DNA of 64,000 bases from Lingula anatina (Eukaryota > Animalia > Brachiopoda), in NCBI GenBank assembly GCA_051362555.1, contig CM120640.1, positions 13,578,001 to 13,642,000 on the forward strand, in the 5' to 3' direction. This document shows positions 13,301-27,300 of this stretch, one piece after another (positions within the stretch are counted from its first letter, which is position 1; each line of letters opens with the position of its first letter). The notes below the pieces were generated by a model, which was given only the letters and a program-made list of their open reading frames with translations, was not told the origin of the DNA and searched no databases. A program made the position numbers and the translations under genes.

Positions 13301-16300
13301 ATATAATACACCACAGGGCTAACTTTTTCATTATTTTTTTCTTATGCAGAGAAATAGCAAGGCAGGTTGGAGGTTTTTATTTAACTTAAAGTTTTATAAT
13401 ATATACAGGGAAGCTTTGCTAGCATTCATTTGAATTGGCACCTTAACGGTGTTAATGAATTTGAAGTCAAGTAATAGATTTAAAAAGTTATTCATGAAAA
13501 AATTAGAAAACATGATTAATTTCTAGAAAGTATTTGTTAAAACGAAGTATTGAGAGAGTGAGAATCTAAGGCTTCGTTCACATGCAATGTCTATTTTCTA
13601 AATTCTATTTTCTATTTGCGGTATGTCGTATGATCACGGTCTGTGGCCTGAATATCCCGCGGCGTAATTACTGGCAGCGCGAGCCAGTTACTTTAAGTTA
13701 CTATAAGTAACTGGCTCGCGCTGCCAGTAATTACGCGGCGGGATATTCAGGGCACAGACCGTGATCATACGACATACCGCAAATAGAAAATAGAATTTAG
13801 AAAATAGACATTGCATGTGAACGAAGCCTAAGGTGTTGCTGTTGTGTGTGGTACTAAGAATAGTACCCTAATTTACAGTAGGGCTGTTGTGCACACGTGT
13901 TTTTAACACCAGATCACCATCCTTTGATTTTAAAATGATGAATTTAAACTTACCAAGGATTTTATATTTATATTATGAGGCAGGCATTATATGCACTACC
14001 AGTTAACTTAAAGATCAGATTTAATTGGCATCATTTTTGTTAAAGCTTCAGTATCCTGTCTTGATATATAAATGATATTGCACACATGCCACGTAGAAAA
14101 TGATGGCAATTCAGTATACCGTTTTAATCAGGACATTACATTGTTGTAAACCTAAATCAGAAAGCGAAAGAAAGGAAATAATTAAGATAGCACATTCAAA
14201 AGATATATTCTGAAATGTTGGTGTGACATGACACACTCTTTACCAATGGTAAATCACAGGATTTAGTTTATCTGCAAATAGAGAGTCAAAGTATTTTCAC
14301 TGATTTGTGCCACTGTGCCCTTTGTAGAAGTCTGTTTTGTCAAATTATGATGATATAATCTTGTCGTATTTTTTCCACAATTAAACCTATTTCTCTTCAT
14401 ATTTTAGGAGCCTAGTGATGAGGTGGACCCTGCCAAGTCGCCTACAAGGCAGAGAAGGTAGGTGTGAGATTTTTGTCCATGTGGCAGAAAAAGCTTACTT
14501 AAAGTCATTTTATAAAATTGTCAATTTGCAAGGTGTTAGAAATGTACTAAATGCTCATAATATGTGTTTAACAAGGTGCTAAATATTTCAGTAATATATT
14601 TTACATGGTCTTTGAGATTAATGTCGTTATGCTTATCCAGATGTAACTTCATGGATTTTAGTGGTGACCAGAATTACCATGAGCATTTAACAAGTTGGTT
14701 AATGTAGTTTTATGCAGTATGAATTTTTATTTAAAGGCAAAGGGGCAGAGATTTTGTAAATAATACAGTTCTGTGATTGTTTACCAATATACCATGTTCA
14801 CATTATTTAGACTACTTTAGTTGGTTTAAAACATTAAAATTGGAAATAGTGGACAAAAAGTTGGAGGATGGCAAACATTTCATTGATATAGAAAAAAAAT
14901 AAAAATAATAATAGCATTCATCCAAGATTTGGATTTGAAAGTTTTTTGAGTGCATTGAAAAAGTGAAAGCAAAAAGCATGAAACTCTGTGCTCCAAGAAT
15001 GTCATCAGAGAAAGCAATACAACAGTGACATACAAAATACATTGTCCAGTGAACTATAGAGCTTTAAAAAAAAGAAATTAAGTATATCCATGGATAGTTT
15101 TTATTTGTTGCCACAGGTATGGACCCTGGGTGGCATCATCTGGTTCAGGAACCGTCAGTGTTAAATCTGTTATACTTGGGGCTTGTATGTCTTGGACAGC
15201 TTTTACAACAGTGGACTAACTAAAAAGCTTGATGTCTAATCTGCACTGTATATATTCCCCATTGGGAAATATTCAAGTGGGTCGGCCATATTTGACCCAC
15301 GGACTAGTTAGTCCACTGTTCTGAATGCGGCCTTGGAAATGGTGTAGTAATACTTGGGCAGGACTTTCCTTTGGATGGTGGTATCAGGGAGTACAAATAG
15401 ACAAGATTGGATGATTGCACAATTTCAAAGGCAGTCCCACCACATCAGATATGTTATGTGTTTGTTTTGCATATTTCTTTTCAACTTTCTTTTAATACAG
15501 GATGATAATATGGCTCTATAAATATCACTATTTTCATTTTGTTAATAAGTTTTCCATTATTATTTAACAAATTTTGATCATTTCATACTATTGTTTTCCA
15601 ACATACCATCATTAAGAAATTCTTATCACATTTGCCATAATCTGCCAATCAGAAACAACAATTACACAAAGTTAAGTCCAACTTGAATATCAGGTTCATA
15701 ATATTTATCCACCCACATTCAAGGTTTTTTTTAACCTGTCATCTACACTTTAATATGACAACAAAGTAGTCTGCTTTCCAGTGCAGTTTTGTTTCTCAAA
15801 TGAAACTACACTTTGGAATGAAACAAACTATGATGTAAATAAACAACATGACCAAATAAAGACAAAAGCTTGATGTACCCTTGACTTGTATCAGGAGAGA
15901 CCAAAACAGTAATTACCACCTTTTCTGAAATGCAAAAAGATTAGGTCAACATTGTTAGCAGCACCCTGCTTCAGTTAAAGAGGTAGCTAAAATTGTGGTG
16001 GTTTTGGTAAAAAAATGCATTCAGTTGATTCAGAATGGTTTAGATATGGATTTCATTGTACCCTACTATGCACAATCCTTTATAAAGCAAAGTTTATACC
16101 ACAATCCATAAAACCCTCATTTCTCCTTATCTAGTCTTGTGATATCTCTTTTTCTTTTGGTTTCTGCCCAGATTTGAGTTACCTGACGGGGATATTGCAG
16201 TAGGACGTTTTTACTGGTGCTTTGACAAATTTTGTCTGTAGTCAGTATGAACAGTTTGGTTTTCATGTGGTTTTGGTGGTAAAGGTGTTGGTTCCTGTTT

Positions 16301-19300
16301 CCTCCAAGATATTGCTGTGGCATTGGTTTATGTATATAAACTTACCACTGGAGTGATTAAGTATCATCATTAGCCCAGCTAGTATGCTGCCCCAACTGAT
16401 CATTTTGTTTACTTGCAGGTCCCGAGGTGCCTTGAAAAAACTGCGTAAACTCTTTCACACCCTGCGTTTTGTTAATAAATTACGGTGAGAGTAGAGGCAG
16501 TTAGCAGGCTAGCAAGCCATATTTTTGCTTAAACTTATTTTATAGAACTTCTGTTTTTACTAACCTATTTCTGCTAATTATAATTTGCCAGAGCTCATTA
16601 TTAACATTTTCCCCAATGCTTTTATTTGCAGAGGACCAAGTCACAGATATACCCACTTTATTTCTATGAAATATCTTGATGCAGTCATGGTGAAAACTCT
16701 GAATGTATTACTGGTCATTTAGACAACCTAAAATCCCTATCTTGCTTGTCCTGCCAAGATTTTGCCATCTAAATAGTTCTTTAATTATTTCATATAATAA
16801 AGTAATTCAATGGTATTGGAGTGCATTACAGTTATTAAAATGGTCCCTTCACAAAAATATAATCAGGACTTAATAAAAAAAATTGGTGTTCATAAAAAAT
16901 CAAATGTCCTTTAAAGTGATAAATATACGGACATGCGAAGTTGAGAAATGGAAAATATTCCTGGTTTTTATTGCTGGTTCGATTAAAACATGATTTTCTT
17001 CAAAATTGCCATCCAAACCTCAAAGTATTTGTAAGCATGTACCTGGTGACTGGCAAGTTTAACCATGACTGCTGATGTCTTCCATTTTTTTAGCTGAATA
17101 TTCTGAGGCCCTTCATCTTGACTGAATATTTGACCATTTTTTTCCTCTGAAATTAATTAGATTGAAATATTATATTATATATTATTTATGCCAGCCTTTC
17201 AGTTTTTGCTTTTAAATTTCCAAAATTTGTTTGAACAATTTCTCTTAAAAAAATTATCATACTATACTCAACTGTGAAAAGGTCCAAAAGAGCCAGCCCC
17301 TGCATGAACTAGTTTTCTCCGTGTCTTAACATTTATAGCATGAGTATGAATGATAGGGCATGAACTAAGCTGTGAAATTAAAGACAAACAAGAGAAACAA
17401 AATAATTATAAAAATATTATGTTTTAACATGTTTTTAGCATTAAAAGGGCACTGTAGATACGAGTGGTAACCATGTTGCATCGTATGGGAATATCACTGT
17501 TGACATGTTGAACAGACTACAAACCTATCTGAAATGTGTTAGAAGCTAGGTATCTTGGTTTTAGGCTAACTGTGGTTTCTAAGTGGTATATTAATTCATA
17601 AAAATTAGAGAAAGGCAAAGTGTATGGCAAGGCTGGTTTGACTGCTTGCATTAACCTCACTGAGTGATTGTTCTTAGTACTATCCATGTTTTTCTATAAA
17701 AAGGGCCATAGTGGTTTGGCGTAATTTCAGGAGCATTGATGAATTATTATGTATAGTATATACCTGTATGTGAGCAAGAAATAGATTGGAATGACAATTA
17801 ACATGCTTCCTGGTAATATTGCACTGCTAGGAATTATGAAACTAATGGTATTTGTTCAACAGTAAATGAAAGGCATATGTTGTGTGTAGAATTAGCTGGT
17901 CAAATGACTTAGCCATGACATAGCCATAGTTGCTTATTGTTCTGCTTTAAATCTTAATCTTTCTGTATCGCTAAAATGATTTGATTAGTTGGTACCAGAA
18001 CACATCAGAATGGTTTAGTTGTGACTTTGTTCTGCTGTTGAAGAAGAAAGAATGCTCTTCATCATCCTTAAGGATGTGTCAGTAAAGAGTAAATATAGTT
18101 CACAATTTATTTGAAAATGACTGAACACTTTATACCATGAATAATTCAAAGATGCTCCACCAGTGTAATATGTTATACAATTGTGACATTAATGGGCATA
18201 CATATCAATATTTCAGCTTCAGTGAAAGTTACTTTGCTGTCAAAGGTGCTGCTATGATACTACCCCAACTAGAAGGCAGGCGCAGTATAGCCAAAGGATC
18301 ACATGGAGGTGAGGAACTAGCTTTGTTGAAAAAATATTAGGCCATTTCCTACTTATGTGCATATAAAATGTCTCCTAAATTTTGGAGTTTTCTATTTTGT
18401 AATTGTTGATATAAGAGGATGTGTATTTTTTTTCTAGGAGATATCCAGAACCATCTCCAGGCCATGTTTTATCTTCTTAGACCACAGGACACAATCAAAG
18501 TAGTGAGTAAAATGGTTCAAACATTTTACCTTTCTCAGTTTTTGGTCTTTGTTTCTAGATAAAAACAATACAGTCCCAAGTATTATTTTAAATTAATAGC
18601 TTATCAAACTTTCGTAAGTCTGTCAGAAATAGCATGTTTTTGTCAACTTTTCTTTACAGGCTGTGAAGTTAGAAAGTTTATTCCCTGACAGAAATCGCTA
18701 CCTTGTAATAGTTTCCACCAATGGCCGCCAAGACACGGAGGAGAGCCTCATTCTGGGTATTGACTGTAATGACAAAGCCACTGTGGGTTTGGTGCTGCCC
18801 GTATGGGCCGATACCAAGGTCAGCCTGGATGGAGATGGGTGAGTGAATGATGTCACTACTACATAAGTTCATAACTGTAGCCTTTTAGAACTGAGTCATC
18901 TTTTAGGACATTTTAATACTGGATTCATAAAACATACTGCATTAAAGGAGAAAAGGAAATGCTATTGCCAAAAGAAACAATGAATTCCAGTATTTACTGC
19001 TTTGTTATCTCATAAACAATCTTCATGCATTTGTGTTTACTTACATATTAGGCACCCATTCTAAATGCAAAAATATATGCTTATTCAGAGAATTGGATGC
19101 TAATTCGTTTTATATTCTTCAGGGGGTTTAGTGTTACATCCAATGACAGACACCACATATTCAAACCAGTCTCAGTGCAAGCTTTGTGGTAAGTGCAATG
19201 TGCACTGTTTATGTGAGTACATATTTTATGGAATTTCAGATTTAAGCTGGTCTCCTATACTTTCTGTTGATCTTTGATGTAGACGTTTTATATGTGGCTC

Positions 19301-21227
19301 AGCTGACGCAATTTGCCATATACACTGTAGGCATTGCCTGAGATGGATTATCATGTCATTTGGTTTTATCAGTAGGGAGAGTACAATTTGGTTAAATTTC
19401 AGTTGTTGCTTCACTTCTTCAAATATGACATAGATAATATAGATGATATCATATGCACATAGTAGTAGAGCACTGATTAATCCTACTTACTGCCTTATAT
19501 ACTTAAAATATGTGTTTGTTGTGGAAAAAACTGGTGAATATTTTGTAGTAAAATTTATCCACTTGGGATGATGTGAAGTTGAGCTGATGTGGTCAGTTGG
19601 TCACATGTCAAGCTTGCAACACATTGATTGGTCAAAAGAGTTGGTAGCAGGGTAAAATTGCAACTTTTTCATGACTAAACACTATTTAACATAATATATA
19701 GCTTCCTCTTCGTGTAAACAAAATTTTGTACTATTCCAACCGTTTGATCAATTTGAATCTCTGTGCGCTTTTTTCCCCTTAGCAGCAGCCTAATAAGGTT
19801 GAAAGGTTTTTACTTTAAGTTTGAATTTCAATTGATGCATTGGATTGTATTAATCCTATGAGCTAGGTAATTTTAGTGGAAAAAGTGGACCAGATATGCG
19901 ATATTACCATTTATTTCTTCATGTATTATTTTCAGGTCTGCTTTGCAGTGTCTCCACAAGGCCAGTGAGGTGGCCCAGCAGCACACTTACTACCCTCATG
20001 GTCTAACCCACACCTGGGTGGGCTTCTATGATTCCATCATACAGTCTGACAGGTCATGCCTCAGTGAATGGTAAGTGCAGGCTCCTCGTATGTCTAAATA
20101 CAAATGACTAATTTAAATTATGATTTTACATGACATATAATTCATATACAGTGATATTGAATTTTACTTTGGTCTTTGAGTGAAAATATCTTTCAGTAAA
20201 ACATTCTGCATATAAGTGTTGGACAGTTAGATTTTTTTGTAATGCAATAAAATTGTTTTGTAAAAATCTATGGATTCTGATCTCTGCCAGCATTAGTCTT
20301 ATCATCTGGGTTTGACATGGACAAAGATTACATGAAATTGTTTACTACCCTTAAAGTTTTTTGTTGATTGGTAAGAATCTAAGAAGGTTATGAGCTGATG
20401 CCTATAAATGCTATTGGAAGGGGGAAATATGTATGGGACCTCCAAATGTCACCTATGTTATTATGTCAGTTTTATGCTGATATATGTTTTTTGTATCTGT
20501 GTCAGTTTTAACTGGCTTGTTTTCATTTTTATGTCTGTTAATTTTAAAATTTTATAATTGATCGAATAAACATTTGTCATTAGTTTTAATGAATTTTTTA
20601 AAACTAAGCATAGAAAATGAAAATTTATGAATTTGAAATGACTTAAATACCTCAATTTTTAAGGCATGCAATGGAAGACATTGACTTTACCCGTCCAAAT
20701 TCTCCACTGTTGACATTAGGAGAGGAACGAAATGATACAGAGAGACAAATTAAAGTGAAACTAAAGGAGATCATGTTAACTGTGGACCTGGAAGAAGTAA
20801 CTAGTAGATATGTGAGTATTATAGAAGTAGTTGTCATACATGAACAAATACCTACACACACATGCACACACAGTAACTTACACACATTGCTCTACACACA
20901 TTCTTTCATGTGAGTTTTATATTTCTACAAGCTGTTTAATTAAATATTATGAAGTATTGATGGCTTTTTTGAGTTTGGTATTGTTGGTAACAAAAAATGG
21001 TTGTGCTAAACAGAGGGAATATTTGCTATTTTTGAATATTTCCAGCTGCGATTGCAATTGGAAGAAAAGCTGAAACAGAATTTGAAAGATTACCGTGGCT
21101 ATATTGATGAGCAGTGCCTTATAATCATGGGACAGCTGGATGCTCCATCAAAGATTTTTGACTACCTTTACCTGGGCTCAGAATGGAATGCTTCCAATTT
21201 AGAGGAATTGAAGAAAAATGGGTGTGT

Positions 21228-21318
<91 letters not shown>

Positions 21319-24300
21319 TATTTTTCTATTGCTTTGTTTACTTCTCACACTGACAATTTATTTTTCCAACAATTTAGAAAAGAATCATTGCCTGTTTGTT
21401 TTAGCACATTCATATTTGGTTTTCCTTTTCAGGGTTGGTTTTATTCTAAACATCTCAAGAGAGATCGACAACTTCTTTCCTGGTGTATTTGAATACTACA
21501 ACATTCGTGTGTTTGATGTAGAGGAAAGTGATTTGCTCAGATACTGGGAGAAAACTTACAAGTTTATTTCCAAAGCCAAGTAAGAACACAATTAGGCTGA
21601 TATCAATTTATAAAATAACAATAATTGAAATTCCAAATATTGGTTGATAATTGCCCTCTCAGACATTTTTACAGAAAGACTAATATAAGCAAAATTAAGA
21701 TTGATTTTCCTGGTAAATTTTCAGTGTCAAAATCATTGCAACAAAATTCTGAGGCTTTATTTAGGATTTTAAAGTAGTGATTCAATAGAAGGTGATGTTA
21801 AAATTGTAGAAATAATACCATTTTCTTTTTTATGCAGGAATTCAGGTTCCAAGTGTCTTGTTCACTGCAGAATGGGGATCAGTAGATCATCTTCCACTGT
21901 AAGTGAAAAGCAAATGAAGAATTAATTGATATCTATGTCTTTAGATTGTCATATATGTGGTGGTCAAGTCAGCCGAAATTGATTGATTGTTGAACAAGCA
22001 TGACCAACCCAAATATTGAAGAAATTGGGATTTCTATTATAATTGTCAGGAAAAAATTTTAAAATGACCCAGAAATGAAAACAATTGTTTTCTTTTTTCA
22101 GGTATACCAGGCTGTGTAATGGGTTTTTATACCTCAGATTTGTATAAATATCTTATTTCATTTTAGGTTACTGGAAGTAGCCTTTTCCAATTTGTTTCTT
22201 AATTGTGGTTGCAGTATTTTTTTATTTGATATGTGAATTAAAGAGCTTTTTCTGTACTTGTTGTTTAGATTGACAACTTGTGTAAAATACTAGTCAAAGT
22301 GTTTAAGAAGGTATATAGACATTGTTTATGACTGTAGATAAAGTGGGATCATATTATCAGTGTTCACTGGAGTTTGCCTGTATATGTTTAAATGGATCAA
22401 TGGGAATAACTTTTTATCTGTAAATACTTGATAGCTTCTTTGCATTAGTTGTATATTTTTTTTACAGTTCAAAATCAAGGTTTTGATTATTTAAATAATC
22501 TGATTTTAATACCAATTTTTCTGCAGGTTATAGCATTTGCTATGAAAGAGTATGGCTGGTCTTTGGAAGAGGCTCTGAAGTATGTCCAGAAAAAGCGTAG
22601 CATTGCAAATCCTAATTCTGGCTTCTTACACCAGTTAGAGATCTACCAGGGTATACTTGATGCAAGGTGAGCAAGAGGCAGAGGTCCTATCATTTTCTTT
22701 TTGAAAAATTCTTTTTAGTGAATATGATAAAGGAAAAGAAAGTCTATGACAAAACTTCATTGTTCACTCCTAATGTGTGAAAGCATGTATGAGTATGTGA
22801 AGATCATTATATCCTTCCTATATTATAACACTGAATTTTTCTCTTTTAAGAGCTAAAACATCTCATTTCTGGTTAGAATACATATAATTTATTTTATGAC
22901 ACCTTAAGTCTTAGTTGTATCTGTTTACCATCTTTGACTCATGCACCTTCAGCAAACAAAGGCACAATTCCTTATGGAGGTCAAAGTCTGAAAACAACCT
23001 TAACAATCTGTCTGTACTTCGACGGGAAGAGGAAGAAGAAGAAGAAGAAGAAGATGAGGAGGAGGAAGAAGAGCTTGAATTACCTGGTGCAGAAAGCCCT
23101 TATTTGCAGGTACCCACACTGCATCCTAGGTCTCAGTCCCGTGAAGAAAAAAAGGCATCATGTATTCTCAGAGGTAAGTATTTAGAAAAGTATGTGTTCA
23201 GAAAAGGGAAAATGTGTTAAAGACCTCTCTGCATACAGCTGTTGGTCACCAAATATAAGTATGTTTTACTTTCCCTCACTTTAACATGGTGCTTAGATGA
23301 CAAAATATGTATACTTGCATGAAAATAGATGGCAGTGCTAGAAATAAGTGCTGGCCTTGGCCCAGTGATTCTCCAGCCAGGTCAGAAGAATGACCTTAGT
23401 CCAGTGCTGATGAACCGCATTAAAATAGTGCATTAAGTGTGCACAAGTGCAAGATATTAGTTTCTACAGTTATCTTTCCCAAATGGCTGTACACAAAAGT
23501 TAAGTCAATATTCAAACTTTTAGACTGGTAGATATCAAATGAGACCAGTAACTCTTGAGATCTACTGACCCAGTGTCCAGTGAACTTACTTTTAGCACTG
23601 GGATGGGTTACAGTGGGTGTAAGATTCTGGGAAGCTACAACATGTCAAATATTATAGTGGAAATACTGATATACCTACAGTTATGCTGGTCTGCTTCTTT
23701 TAAATGTTTAGTCAACTGTCATATCATGTTTATTTTACTTGTCGTCTGTTTTAGATGACAAAATGACTTATACCTCCGTTGTGCATACTCATCGAAAAGT
23801 GAGACAGAGGAAAAGGAAAAGTTTAGGGTAGTTTGAATTGGGTAAATGTGGTACTTGTTGCACTCATGTTGTGCATGTCACAGGTTGTGCCTTTCACCTC
23901 TACAGTGTTTCTGTTTACACAGTGTAGACATGCTAGAAAATGTTTGTAACTGCAGGTAGATAAGAATTTGAATGACTGCCCGTTTGGCATGGCCATTCAT
24001 ATTTTATTACTAGCTAGTGCAATTATTTTCTTTTTTTTAGGCATTTTCGTGTCAGATGATTACCTTTTTTTTCCCCTTATAAGAATCTGTTGCATCTTCT
24101 CTTCTTGAATGCATAAACACAGACATTGGTCTTGTATGTGATCTCCTGCATGAAGTATGAAGTATGCACAACGAGGAATGAGCAGCTGAATTTGATACCA
24201 AAATTCTCAACCAATTCATGTAGTGATTAGTAGATAGTTGAACTTAAAATTTTGTCATCTTGTCTACTGTTGGTTGTGCTGTTTGTGTAGCAGTTCTGCG

Positions 24301-27300
24301 GAACGTGCATGTTAGACTGATTTCTCTTCGTCGTTCATCTGAATAGCTAGAGCCTGCATCAGAGTTGAAATATATGTACACTGTGTATTTGAACCAACAT
24401 GGCACAAATCTGATGAATATCCCTGCACTTTTTTTGACACTTTTTTTTCTGTGGCCATGGGTTTGCACAATCTTTAGACCATTTGTGTGAGAAAGTGAAT
24501 ACTTTGGGCATTGATAGACCCATCACAAGAGATGTGGGTGGGCCTATTTAGTGCAGCTTCGCTATGATAAAGTTGAGGGGAGCTATTGTCATGTCAAGCA
24601 TTTGGTGTAGATATGTATCTACCATGGAGAAGTTTTTTAAGTGAAGAATGTGCAGTTATATGCAAGTTGGGAATTATTCCTTTGTTCTATGTATAGTACT
24701 TCACATTGCCCAACATGTGTCATCCACAACATTTTCACAAAATTTCTGTAAGATGTTGATTTTATTTTACTTACACTACAAAAAAAAAAAAAAAAAAAGC
24801 TTAACCTCACATTTTTAAATGTCACAGACAGCAAGGTTAGAGGGTCTTTTTTTAGAGGGTCTTTTTAGAGCTTGATTCATATTATTGACAACATCTGCTT
24901 AAAGTTGACATTCTGAATTATAGTAATAGTGTTTCATATTTTACATCTCAGCTTTTTGACATATTTCAGACCAACAACATCCAGAAGCCCTAGAGGCCAA
25001 AGACCTAGATAGAATGAACTTAGCTAAATTTGAGATGGATGTTGAACTTAGTTCCCGAAGTGCAGACTCTATGGATGAAGTCTTCCCTGATGAACCATCT
25101 CCAACTGCAGCAGGTCCAAGTGGATCGAATTCTTTTGAAATGAGTGCTGCATCTCAGACAAAGAAATCTGTGTCACAAGGTGCCTCTCAATCTCACTCTA
25201 TCTCTGATGATGACCAAGATTCCAGTGATAGCGAAAGTAGTTCTGAGTCTTTGTCAGATAAAGAAACAGATGACAGTTCACTGTGTAGTGATTCTGATGT
25301 CTCAGAAAAAGGTGCTACTGGCTTGTATCAAGTTGCCTCTCTCCATGCCACATCCATACCTTCCTTTCAACAAACTAAGCAGAAACCTCATAGAAAGATG
25401 TTAGGAGAAATTCCAGAAGATAAACGTCGCAGTTTGGCTCCTCAGTCCAAGTGCCAGCCACAGACTCCTGTAAAACGAGTGAAAAGTTTGCCCAACTTGG
25501 AGGAGTTGAGGCGGCGTCTGAAGAGGCCGCTTCAGCTGTCCTTGGCCTCAAGGCCATCACGGTTTTCTGGTGTTAGGCCCGACAACAGCTGGATCAAATC
25601 AGCACCTGAGACACCAGAAGCTGAAGAAACTGAAAGGCCAACATTTCAGACCGAGTCTTATGACAAAAAAACATGTGAAGACACAGATGAAGTGAGCTCT
25701 GTGTCTGTTTCAATTACAGACAGTGACGTTACTCCTGCTGATGCTGTCTCTGATAAGTCAGATTTGAGCAGTGACAGTGAAGAAGAAATGCCTGGAAATG
25801 CTGACAGTAAAGAAAATGTGAAAATCAAGGACAGTGATACTGTTAATGCAAACCCAGATGTTGGGGCCTTATACCATTATGAAAAAGAACAAATACCATG
25901 GAATCCAGGTGCAGTGAAAAAACACCGCCAGGTGATTGAAGAAAGTTCTGTTCGACATTCTAGTGTCAGCTCAGACAGTGGCAGTAATAGCATGCACAGT
26001 TCATTATCTGGCAGCAAAGAGAAACTTGTGAAAATCAACATTGTGATAGATGAGCCTGAATTTTCAAACAATTTATTAGCAAACTCTGAAAAAGCAGTAG
26101 ACAAAAAGAATGCTTCTGAAAGAGAAATGGATTTGGATGAACCAGCTTGCAAGGAAACGTTAGTGGACAGAAATGCTGTGATTGGCATGAAGGGTGCTCC
26201 AGCCACAGACAGTGCTTATACACCTGAGGCTTCCCTGCAACAGCAAGATGCTCCTGGGAGTGTCTATGAAGAGGAGGAGATTGCCCTGACCCCTGGATTG
26301 GTAAAGAAAACTACACAAGAAATTGAAGAGAAATACGGGTGAGATATGGCAAATGATGTAGAGGGCATTGATCCTAATTATTGCAGCAGATTCTGAATAA
26401 AAATACTCAAGATAAAATGACCTCTTTTTTTGTAATATGTATTAGTTCATAGAAAATTTAAATGGAGTAACTTCTATATTGGAGTTCTTATTACCTGTGT
26501 AATTGTTTACTTCCAGGAGTTTATCTTATAATGTAACAGCCCTGTCTTTGGCATCTGGGAAGCCAGGCCTGTCTGCAGACTTTTTAAGGACACCGGGAAA
26601 GGGAGTGCAAAGGTCCTCCAGCTTGAGAGTGCAGAGAGTGACACCTAAAGTCACCTTAGACAAGGGGAAGAAGACCTATTCTCCAATATTGACACCTCAA
26701 GAAGCAAAGAAAGGACAGAGAAAATGCAATTTCCCTCTACAAAGTACCAATACAAGTATCCTAGATAGTGCAACTTCAGATGCCACACCAATAGCTCAGG
26801 GTAGTGGTGTGAGAGATGAGACCAGTTTGCCTGTTTTCAAAATAGGACAGGAAGAGGTTCCACTTGCGCCTGGATTGGTGAAAAAACAAACCACGGGTAA
26901 GTTCACATCCCTAGTGCTACGGAATAATGGCAATGAATACAAAGATCCATGTGAAGTACACATTCAACAGCACAATCAGATTATTTTCACAAAAAATTCT
27001 TTTGCTGATTGGTGTGTGAATAATTGCCAGTTTTGAAATCTAGTTTCACTTTTGCTGTCTAATTGTCGAAACTTGAGAAAATTATCTTCCTGTGTTTTTC
27101 AGATTATGAATCTCTGTCATCAGAAACTTCTCAGAGGGTAACACCTGCTCCTTCAGTGCTGACAGAAACTACTGAAGACGTCTCAAAAGATAACCAAAGG
27201 GCATTGGTGGGAAGTGTAAAAAAGCAAACAGAAGAAATAGAAAAGAAATATGGTGGAGCTGCCCTAGACGACCAGCAGAAAACATCCACCACTGCTGATG

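Noticed and set aside
21125-21319. ER/SL dipeptide ORFs here and poly-N/poly-I ORFs at 34324-34563
   Set aside because: Translations of microsatellites
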